Positions 55,052-62,636 of a stretch of DNA of 64,000 nt are shown one piece after another. The stretch covers positions 3,296,001 to 3,360,000 of the forward strand of contig CP182352.1 in NCBI GenBank assembly GCA_048571215.1. Direction: 5' to 3'. Numbering within the stretch: the first letter of the stretch is position 1; every line of letters starts with the position of its first letter. Source of the DNA: Halarcobacter sp. GTDB lineage: Bacteria; Campylobacterota; Campylobacteria; Campylobacterales; Arcobacteraceae. The translations under genes and the position numbers were made by a program. Below the pieces are notes generated by a model, which ran no database searches, was not told where the DNA came from, and saw only the letters and a list, made by a program, of their open reading frames with translations.

Positions 55052-55951
55052 ATGAAAATTACAATAGATGACTTGGAAGCTTTTATTACTATAGCAGATT
55101 TTGAGAGTTTTAATTTAGCAGCTAATGAGTTGGGAATTACTCAGCCAGCTTTATCAAGACGAATAAAAAAACTTGAAGATACTCTAGGTGCTAAACTTTT
55201 AGATAGAACAACAAGAAAAATAAGTGTTAGTATCGTTGGGGAAGAGTTTATTATAGAAGCTAGAAGAATGCTTGAAGAGTTTAACAAATCAATAGATGAT
55301 GTACAAGAGTTGATAAAAACAAGAACAGGTTCTATTTCATTGACTACAAATATGACAGTTGCTACTTCTATCTTACCAGATATTGTTTGTGATTTTAAGA
55401 ATACAAATCCAAATATTCGTTTAAGAATTAGTCAAGATTCTAGTCCAGAAGCTATAAAAAAAGTTTTAAGACGAGAGTGTGAATTTGCAATTGCACAATA
55501 TAGTCAAGATGACCCTAATATAGAATTTGAGCCCTTGATTAATGATAGTTTTGTAATGATTTGTAACAAAAATCATAAATTAGCAAAAAAGAAAAAAATA
55601 AATTGGAAAGATTTTGATTCCCATAACTTTTTAAAATTGGGTTCAAATAGTAGAACAATGAATATTTTAAAAAGTGAATTAGGTGAAAAAATTGATTACT
55701 TAAAAGGGGATATTGAGGTTGATCAATTTAGTGCTCTAATAGGATTAGTAGAAAAAAACTTAGGAGTCTCTGCAATACCATCTTTAGCAAAATTTAAAAG
55801 ACCTGAAAATGATATTATTACACGTGATATTGATAATCCAACTGTAACTAGAATGCTTGGAATAATTACCTACAAAGGTCGTTCTTTGTCCCCTGCTAGC
55901 AAAGTTTTTTGTGATTTAATAAAAGAAAAAATAAGAATTTTAGGACAATAA
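55052..55951 (+). CDS. LysR-family regulator divergent from tcuAB
   Basis: SFNLAANELGITQPALSRRIKKLE..LG HTH. Confidence 0.92.
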   Translation: MKITIDDLEAFITIADFESFNLAANELGITQPALSRRIKKLEDTLGAKLLDRTTRKISVSIVGEEFIIEARRMLEEFNKSIDDVQELIKTRTGSISLTTNMTVATSILPDIVCDFKNTNPNIRLRISQDSSPEAIKKVLRRECEFAIAQYSQDDPNIEFEPLINDSFVMICNKNHKLAKKKKINWKDFDSHNFLKLGSNSRTMNILKSELGEKIDYLKGDIEVDQFSALIGLVEKNLGVSAIPSLAKFKRPENDIITRDIDNPTVTRMLGIITYKGRSLSPASKVFCDLIKEKIRILGQ

Positions 55952-55957
55952 AATATA

Positions 55958-55983
55958 AGGTAAAGTCAAAATAGACTTTACCT
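55958..55983. terminator. Hairpin between convergent lysR and tctC
   Basis: AGGTAAAGTC-N6-GACTTTACCT. Confidence 0.65.
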
Positions 55984-55990
55984 ATATTTA

Positions 55991-57070
55991 TTAGAATCTT
56001 ACATTATATTTTTTTGTAAGCCAATCTTTTACCCATTGTTTATCTTCTTTACGAATATTAGTTCCCATTTCTTTTAGTTTTTTAGCTTTTTCACCAACTG
56101 ATTGAGCATATAAACCTAAATTTTTTGTTTTTAGTCTTCTAAAATTATCATTAGCTAAGACTTTTTTTACTGCATTTTGATATGTTTCTAATACATCTTT
56201 TGAAACACCTTTAGGAAGAAAGATCATTTTTTGAGCAGAAAAACCAGCTATAAAAAAACTTTTCCATGCTCTAAAAGCTTTATCTCCTGAAGGTTTTTTA
56301 CCATAAAATGCTTCATATACTTCACCAAAATGTGGCAGTTGAGGGAAAGTTGGATCTCTTTGCAAGTTACCATTTTCATCAATAACTCCCCAAGAAAAAA
56401 GTGGAATAATATTTCCATTTTTTATGGTTGGTATTACATTTTTAATATATGAAGTACTAGTTTGATAATCTATTGTAGTTTCCCCTCTTAAAAATGCTAA
56501 TCTACCTGATTTTCTCCCCTTCATACCAAAAATTGGTTCCACGTCTAAACCTAAAATATCAAAAGCTAAAAGTGGAATTAAATCTAAAGATGTTGCCCCT
56601 TGAGAACCAAACTTTAATGTTTTTTTCAAGTTTTTTAAATCTTCAATATTTTTAACTCCAAGGCTTGATGGAATATAAACCACTCCTCCCGTAGGTGAAC
56701 CAAGAACAACTTCCCAATCATTATAATCATATCTTACTCTTTTATCATCAAGTAAATATGGAAATTGAGTAGAACCAGATGAACCAAAAATAGTTAAACC
56801 ATCTTTAGTTGCTCTTTGTGCAAAAAAGTTAGCACCTTTTGTTGAACCACCCCCTGGCATATTTTTTATAACAACTACAGGCTTACCTGGTAAAGCTTGT
56901 GATAGTAAAGGAGCATAAAATCTTCCCCATTTATCTGTTCCACCACCTGCTTTAAATGGCATTATCCATTCAATAGTTTTCCCCTCAAAACTAACCTCTT
57001 TTGCACTAACTATATTTAGTAGCATCCCCACAGCTAATCCTGATTTTATTAATGATTTAATAAATTTCAT
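55991..57070 (-). CDS. TTT substrate-binding protein (TctC-like), copy 1
   Basis: Signal peptide from MKFIKS (AAGGAG RBS); PFKAGGGTD, NMPGGGS, DGLT. Confidence 0.88.
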   Translation of the reverse strand: MKFIKSLIKSGLAVGMLLNIVSAKEVSFEGKTIEWIMPFKAGGGTDKWGRFYAPLLSQALPGKPVVVIKNMPGGGSTKGANFFAQRATKDGLTIFGSSGSTQFPYLLDDKRVRYDYNDWEVVLGSPTGGVVYIPSSLGVKNIEDLKNLKKTLKFGSQGATSLDLIPLLAFDILGLDVEPIFGMKGRKSGRLAFLRGETTIDYQTSTSYIKNVIPTIKNGNIIPLFSWGVIDENGNLQRDPTFPQLPHFGEVYEAFYGKKPSGDKAFRAWKSFFIAGFSAQKMIFLPKGVSKDVLETYQNAVKKVLANDNFRRLKTKNLGLYAQSVGEKAKKLKEMGTNIRKEDKQWVKDWLTKKYNVRF

Positions 57071-57098
57071 TTCTCTCTCCTTATTTAGTTTCAAAAGA

Positions 57099-57131
57099 AG
57101 ATTAACATTGAATTCTGTCATGAAACTTGCA
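57099..57131 (-). promoter_or_regulatory. Island box 3 + extended -10 (tctC)
   Basis: TGCAAGTTTCATGACAG, 10 nt ending TGT, TAATCT. Confidence 0.75.
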
Positions 57132-57140
57132 TTTGCATAA

Positions 57141-57611
57141 TTATAAATTAATTCTATAACCTATACCTTGATAATTGGTTAAAATGTTTTGTGGAATCTT
57201 TTTCTTTAAATTTTTAATAAATAGTCTAACTGCATTGTTTGTTGTACTATCAGAGTCTTTCCATAAAAGATTAAGCATCTCATCATATGTGATTATATTC
57301 TTTTTCATAATTATATTTTTTAAAAATAGAGCTTCTCTATTAGTTAAGGTACGATTAGAGTTTTTACCTTTTATAACTGAATTGTTTTCATCAAAGTAAA
57401 AATCATTTGAAAGTTTATAAAGTTTTTTCTTGTTTAATAGTGAGATGAATATATCTAAATTATTTATTAGATCATCTTCATTTAATAGATTTTTTATCTC
57501 CACTTCAATTGAATCTGATTTATTATAGTCTTTTATACAGATATTATCATTATATTTTTCTTTTAAGAAAATGATTTTATCAATATCTACTTTTTTTACA
57601 ATTATTTTCAT
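57141..57611 (-). CDS. OmpR/PhoB-type winged-helix protein lacking an intact receiver domain
   Basis: LTNRE..FL, LW, VRLFIKNLKKKI, NYQGIGY; short atypical N-terminus. Confidence 0.8.
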   Translation of the reverse strand: MKIIVKKVDIDKIIFLKEKYNDNICIKDYNKSDSIEVEIKNLLNEDDLINNLDIFISLLNKKKLYKLSNDFYFDENNSVIKGKNSNRTLTNREALFLKNIIMKKNIITYDEMLNLLWKDSDSTTNNAVRLFIKNLKKKIPQNILTNYQGIGYRINL

Positions 57612-57639
57612 CTATATTTCTCCTTATAATATTTAAAGA

Positions 57640-57672
57640 AAAATAGCATTATTAACTTTCTTGAACCTTGCA
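57640..57672 (-). promoter_or_regulatory. Island box 4 (degenerate) + -10 (winged-helix gene)
   Basis: TGCAAGGTTCAAGAAAG, 10 nt ending TGC, TATTTT. Confidence 0.55.
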
Positions 57673-57709
57673 AAGATATAAAAAAATTGGCATTACATTT
57701 TTGTTAAGT

Positions 57710-57742
57710 TGCAAGTTTCATGCCAGAATCCAATGTTAGTAT
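57710..57742 (+). promoter_or_regulatory. Island box 5 + extended -10 (porin)
   Basis: TGCAAGTTTCATGCCAG, 10 nt ending TGT, TAGTAT. Confidence 0.75.
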
Positions 57743-57773
57743 AAATTTGTCAAAATATAAGGAGAGTGAAATC

Positions 57774-58991
57774 ATGACAAAGATAATTAAAAGAAGTCTA
57801 ATTGCAACGCTTGCATTAGCATCGGTTTCTACATATTCTTTTGGAGCTGATTCTTTAGCTGAAGCTTTTACCAATGGTAAAATAAAAGGGGAAATTAAGT
57901 CATATTATTTTAATGAAGATTACGATTCTGCAAAATCTTCAAACAATGATATTTGGGTAAATGGTGCTAAGTTAAATTATGTAACAGATAGTTTTAATGG
58001 TTTTAAGTTAGGTTCTACATTTCAAACTTCTCATGTGGGAAGTATTGATGATCCTGCAAAAAAGCAAACTAAGACAATGGATGGATCTGGGTCTGTTTTA
58101 TCTGAAGCTTATTTAGAGTATAAATTTAGTAATACTAAATTTAAAGGTGGTAGACAATTTATATCTTTGCCTTTAATTAAAGGTTCTGGTTCAAGACTTA
58201 TTAAAGAGTCATTTGAAGGGTATTTCTTAACAAATACTGATATTCCTGATACTTTAGTATCTTTAGGGAAAGTTACAAAATATCAGACAAGAACAGATGG
58301 TGTTACAAAAACTACAAATGCAGCTTCTTTTACTAATACAAATGTAAATGCAGGTGATGTTGGTGGATTTAATAAAATTGGAACAGATGGAGCAGTTTCA
58401 TTATATATTAAAAACAATTCAATAAAAAATTTACCAATTCAAGTTCATTATGTTGATTTTATTGATGAGGTAAAGGATTTATATCTTGATGCAACATATA
58501 AGTTTGGGGGAGAATATAAACCATTTATTGCAGCACAATATTATAATTCAAATTATGATTCATCATCTACTAATGATAGTTCAATGGTAGGATATAAAAT
58601 AGGTGCAACACTTTTTGGTATTAATTTTCATACATCTTATACATCAACTGATGATAAAGGTAATGTAACAAGAGGTATAGGTGAAGCTGCAACTGCAGCA
58701 TTTACATCTTCATCATCTACTACGGGTAACTATACAGCAGGAACAGATAGCTGGCAAATAGGAGCAAAAAAGAAATTTGGAAATCTTTCTACTAAATTAA
58801 CCTATACTAATAGTAACGCTATATTAGAAAAAAATGATTTAAAACAAACATATCTTGGTTTAAAGTATAAATTTTCAGGTGCATTTAAAAACTTAGCAGT
58901 ATCAGCAGAATATACAATATATGATTATGGTACGGGAAATAACTCTAAAGATAAAAATGAATTAAGAACAAAATTGATTTATTCATTTTAA
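57774..58991 (+). CDS. Outer-membrane porin (OprD-like, Campylobacterota type)
   Basis: Signal peptide, ADSLAEAF..GK..GEI, LSEAY, KGGRQ, C-terminal YSF; AAGGAG RBS. Confidence 0.85.
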   Translation: MTKIIKRSLIATLALASVSTYSFGADSLAEAFTNGKIKGEIKSYYFNEDYDSAKSSNNDIWVNGAKLNYVTDSFNGFKLGSTFQTSHVGSIDDPAKKQTKTMDGSGSVLSEAYLEYKFSNTKFKGGRQFISLPLIKGSGSRLIKESFEGYFLTNTDIPDTLVSLGKVTKYQTRTDGVTKTTNAASFTNTNVNAGDVGGFNKIGTDGAVSLYIKNNSIKNLPIQVHYVDFIDEVKDLYLDATYKFGGEYKPFIAAQYYNSNYDSSSTNDSSMVGYKIGATLFGINFHTSYTSTDDKGNVTRGIGEAATAAFTSSSSTTGNYTAGTDSWQIGAKKKFGNLSTKLTYTNSNAILEKNDLKQTYLGLKYKFSGAFKNLAVSAEYTIYDYGTGNNSKDKNELRTKLIYSF

Positions 58992-59031
58992 AAATAGATT
59001 TACGAAATTAGCGCGAACTTACAAAGAGACT

Positions 59032-59538
59032 TTAATGTCTCTTTGGTACATTAATAGTATTTAATTTTTCAGAAGATATAAGAACTCCATCTTCATCAGC
59101 ATATATAAAATCACCCTCTTTAAAACAAATATTACTAAAATTTAGCTCTATACCTTTTTGTGAAGAAGTTTCTTCAAAATTTCGTAAGGGGCAAGTTCCA
59201 ATTGCATATAAGCCAATATTGATCTTTTTTGTTTCTGCAATATCTCTAACATAGCCATTTATAATTAATGCTTGATAGTTATTTTTCTCTGCATAAGAAG
59301 ATAAGATATCTCCAACAATTCCAAAATAAGCTTTTTCCACATCAACTACTACTATTTTATTGTTTCCAGGAGTATTTTTTAACAAATCTATTAAAGCCCA
59401 ATTGCTTTTTTCTAGTTTGATAGTAGTGATCTGTCCCCAAAAACCTTTTTTACCACCATAAGATTTGAAATCTGGAGGTAATACTTGGATTTTTTTGTCT
59501 GGATTCATATCACATAAATCAGCTGTTTTATAGTACAC
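59032..59538 (-). CDS. RraA-like protein / HMG (4-hydroxy-4-methyl-2-oxoglutarate) aldolase family
   Basis: TADLCD, SYGG, GD, GYVRD, GDFIYADEDGV; GTG start after AAGGA. Confidence 0.88.
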   Translation of the reverse strand: MYYKTADLCDMNPDKKIQVLPPDFKSYGGKKGFWGQITTIKLEKSNWALIDLLKNTPGNNKIVVVDVEKAYFGIVGDILSSYAEKNNYQALIINGYVRDIAETKKINIGLYAIGTCPLRNFEETSSQKGIELNFSNICFKEGDFIYADEDGVLISSEKLNTINVPKRH

Positions 59539-59562
59539 ATCTAGTCCTTTAATTTTTTTGCA

Positions 59563-59595
59563 ATAATACATAATGTGTCTGTCACTAAACTTGCA
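59563..59595 (-). promoter_or_regulatory. Island box 6 + -10 (rraA-like gene)
   Basis: TGCAAGTTTAGTGACAG, 10 nt, TATTAT. Confidence 0.72.
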
Positions 59596-59664
59596 TTTTT
59601 AATCTTGAGACCTAGATATAGTAGCTATTGGTTTAAAAAGTTTTTATGTAGTTTTAATATAAGG

Positions 59665-59709
59665 TAAAAGTATCTAGAAAAATCTAGATACTTTATATTA
59701 GATTTGATA
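59665..59709 (+). repeat. Right 45-bp direct repeat (island boundary)
   Basis: TAAAAGTATCTAGAAAAATCTAGATACTTTATATTAGATTTGATA. Confidence 0.92.
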
Positions 59710-60763
59710 ATTTAGTGGATAAACTTAATAACTCCTCTTTTTCATTTAATCCATCAACAAATCTTTTTGGGATATTTTCAAAGCCAACTTGTGCACCTAT
59801 AAGTGCTCCTGTTAAAATAGCTCTTGCTTGATTTTGCCCACCACCATTTATTGCATGTAAAATTCCACTTTCAAAATCATCTTTAAATCTAGCAGATAGA
59901 TAATAACTAGCAGGTAGTATATGGTAAATAGCACATGGCATTCCATACACTAAAGAAACTTTCCATGCAGGTTCTATTTTAATATCAGGATCACTAGCTG
60001 CTTGTGCCATAAAAGAGGGTGAAAGTAGGGCATCAGGAGATGCAAAAAGCCCTATATTTGAAGGATCTTTGCTTCCTGGTTTTGGAGGATTTAATCCATC
60101 TGTGGTAACTGCATGAAAGGGTAACTCTTTATCTTTTACTAGTTTCATTAGTTTGTTTGAGATTCTCTTATCTAGCTTTTCACCTTGAATAAGTTGAGCT
60201 AAAACAGCTCCATATGCTACGGTCATGGAACCAATTATATCATCAACTTGAGTTAAAAAAGTATTATGAGAAATTGATTTTGCAAGATTTTTTGGCTCAT
60301 ACGCATATCTTACAGCTAATGCTAAAGTACGCTCTATAGCTTCTGTTGTATCTGCTCTACTTCCCACTTCATCCCAAGAAAGTTTTTGTTCTACTCTTTG
60401 TCTATAAACTTCTCTAATAGATTGGGAAGTATAACCTCCTGGTCCATTCATTGGATTCCCATCAATCTTTGTAAAAAGTTCTTCATCTAGTTTTTTACAA
60501 AAATCCTCTTGATTATATCCTTTGTTATCAAGAATCGAATTAATCATAAGTTTTAAAATAAACCCAGCTTGTGAAAGATTACCAGCTTTTTCATTTTCGT
60601 GGTATCTTCCTTCTTTTGGCGTTGTATAATCTGTAATCCATGTTCCATAATCTTTATGTTGTTGTTTAAGATCATAATACCAATGACATCCAAGAGCAAG
60701 TGCATCACCTATAAATGCCCCCATTATAGCTCCCCTAGCTCTATCTTGTTTTGAAATACTCAT
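59693..60763 (-). CDS. ADP-ribosylglycohydrolase family protein (atypical)
   Basis: RARGAIMGAFIGDALA, AINGGGQNQAR..TGALIGA..G...IP; AAGGAG RBS before MSISKQ. Confidence 0.85.
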   Translation of the reverse strand: MSISKQDRARGAIMGAFIGDALALGCHWYYDLKQQHKDYGTWITDYTTPKEGRYHENEKAGNLSQAGFILKLMINSILDNKGYNQEDFCKKLDEELFTKIDGNPMNGPGGYTSQSIREVYRQRVEQKLSWDEVGSRADTTEAIERTLALAVRYAYEPKNLAKSISHNTFLTQVDDIIGSMTVAYGAVLAQLIQGEKLDKRISNKLMKLVKDKELPFHAVTTDGLNPPKPGSKDPSNIGLFASPDALLSPSFMAQAASDPDIKIEPAWKVSLVYGMPCAIYHILPASYYLSARFKDDFESGILHAINGGGQNQARAILTGALIGAQVGFENIPKRFVDGLNEKEELLSLSTKLSNLI

Positions 60764-60871
60764 ATGGACTCCTTTTTTTGATTGTATCACTCTTAATATT
60801 AATGTCAAGTCAAAAATTTAATTATTGTTTTTTTTCTTTTAGTTATAATACAAAAAAAATAAAGGCATTTT

Positions 60872-61270
60872 GTGGAAATTGAAATATCAACACCAGCACT
60901 ATTATTCCCAGCTATTTCTCTACTTCTTTTAGCATATACAAATAGATTTTTAACAACAGGGCAACTTATTCGGTCCCTTAGTAGACAATCAAGAGAACAT
61001 GCAGATCAAGAGCTTAGCGGACAGATTGCAAATCTAAAAAGAAGATTAGAGCTAACAAAATGGATGCAGTTTTTTGGAGTGGTATCTATGTTGTTGTGTA
61101 CCATTTCTATGTTTTCACTTTTTTTAGGATTTTATGATGTTGGTAAAAAAATATTTGGATTGAGTTTACTTGCTATGTGTTTATCTTTATGTATCTCTTT
61201 ATGGGAAGTTTATATCTCATCAAATGCATTAAACCTAGAATTAAAAGATTTAGATCAGAAGTTTAAATAA
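60872..61270 (+). CDS. DUF2721-like small membrane protein
   Basis: TPALLFPAISLLLLAYTNRF, EVYIS. Confidence 0.75.
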   Translation: MEIEISTPALLFPAISLLLLAYTNRFLTTGQLIRSLSRQSREHADQELSGQIANLKRRLELTKWMQFFGVVSMLLCTISMFSLFLGFYDVGKKIFGLSLLAMCLSLCISLWEVYISSNALNLELKDLDQKFK

Positions 61271-61288
61271 AAGTTTGTACCTGAACTT

Positions 61289-62509
61289 TTATTTAAAATA
61301 TTTTTCCAAACGGTGAAAAAGTCCTTTCCAAGTTTTATCTTCTAAGTGATTTAAAACTTCATTAATATCATATTTTTTATCATCTAAAATTTCAAAACTT
61401 ACTTCATCTATTTTTAGAGTTAATTCTTTTTCAAAAGCATCAATATCCTCAGGATATGGAGTATCTACATTTTTTAGTCTTGGCATTTTTATATATCTTA
61501 TTGCCCCTAATTTTTTCAAATCTTCTCCCATAAACTCATCAAGTCCTGGTAAATCTGTACAGACAACCTTAACACCTGAGGCTATAGCTTCAATAACAAC
61601 TAAAGGTAAACCTTCAAAAAATGAAGGAAGTATAAACATATCGCAAGTTCTTAAAAACACTGCTAATTTTTCTTGAGGTATGGCACCTAGATAATTGATT
61701 GTAGTTTTTCTTTTACTTAAACTTTTTATTATCTCTTCACTCTCTTTTACATTTCCATGACCTATTAAGTTTAGTTCAATATTTTCAAAGTTTTTAGTTC
61801 TATCAATAGCATTAAGCAGATTTGGAACACCTTTATAGTTGCAGATTTTACCCACATAAGCTATTTTGATTTTTTGATTCTTTTCTCTTTTTATGGGGAA
61901 AAACATATCAGGGTTATATCCACTTCCACTTGTAATTACTTGGCTGTTTTTTACATTGTGTAGTTGAAGTATCTCTTCTCTTTGTGCAGAGTTTAAAGCA
62001 AATAGATAGTCACATTTTGGTACAGCTTTTTTTACAATAGGAACCAATCTCGGCGAGCGTTCAAGCTGTCGCAAATCTGTTCCATGGCATAAAACCAAAA
62101 CCTTTAAATTTGGAAATAAATCTTTTATATATCCACATAAAAGCCAAATATGATTACAAATAACAACATCAGGCTTGAACTCTTCCACAGCTTTTTTAAT
62201 AACTTTTTTAAACTCTTGTTCATAAGAGATATACATATTTTCATCTAAATCGCTATATTTAGTACTATCATATGGCATAACATCACTCATACCCACAACT
62301 GGAAAATTAAGCTCTTTTGTCTCAAATAAGATGGGATAAAAGTTATCTTCTTTTAGATTGCCAATATTAGGGTTTTGTTCTTTTATTGGAACCCCTGCAA
62401 TAACAGCTTGCTTGTGTTTTAGTTCATATCCTGTTTTAAATAGTTGTTGTAGAAAAACTCCACTTCCTGTTTTGCCAGGTCTTTGTGCTAAAGCGTGTAA
62501 AATTCTCAT
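61289..62509 (-). CDS. GT4 glycosyltransferase
   Basis: AQRPGKTGSG, CHGTDL, YVGKI..KG, PSFFEGLPLVVIEA. Confidence 0.88.
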   Translation of the reverse strand: MRILHALAQRPGKTGSGVFLQQLFKTGYELKHKQAVIAGVPIKEQNPNIGNLKEDNFYPILFETKELNFPVVGMSDVMPYDSTKYSDLDENMYISYEQEFKKVIKKAVEEFKPDVVICNHIWLLCGYIKDLFPNLKVLVLCHGTDLRQLERSPRLVPIVKKAVPKCDYLFALNSAQREEILQLHNVKNSQVITSGSGYNPDMFFPIKREKNQKIKIAYVGKICNYKGVPNLLNAIDRTKNFENIELNLIGHGNVKESEEIIKSLSKRKTTINYLGAIPQEKLAVFLRTCDMFILPSFFEGLPLVVIEAIASGVKVVCTDLPGLDEFMGEDLKKLGAIRYIKMPRLKNVDTPYPEDIDAFEKELTLKIDEVSFEILDDKKYDINEVLNHLEDKTWKGLFHRLEKYFK

Positions 62510-62636
62510 TTTTGCCTCTGTATTAATTTTATAAATGAAATAATAACAAATTTATACTTCTTTTAAAAAGTGTGCTAATGATGAGACACTCTTTGGATAA
62601 AATAGATTATAAGGATATTTACAATGAATCTAATGG

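Larger units (their letters stand above)
43133..59709. mobile_element. Putative tricarboxylate catabolic genomic island (16.5 kb, no integrase)
   Basis: Flanking 45-bp direct repeats; functionally coherent cargo; shared regulatory box found only between the repeats. Confidence 0.7.

Noticed and set aside
55952..59668. 13-nt repeat AATATAAGGTAAA at 55952 and 59656
   Set aside because: Short and AT-rich, so compatible with chance.
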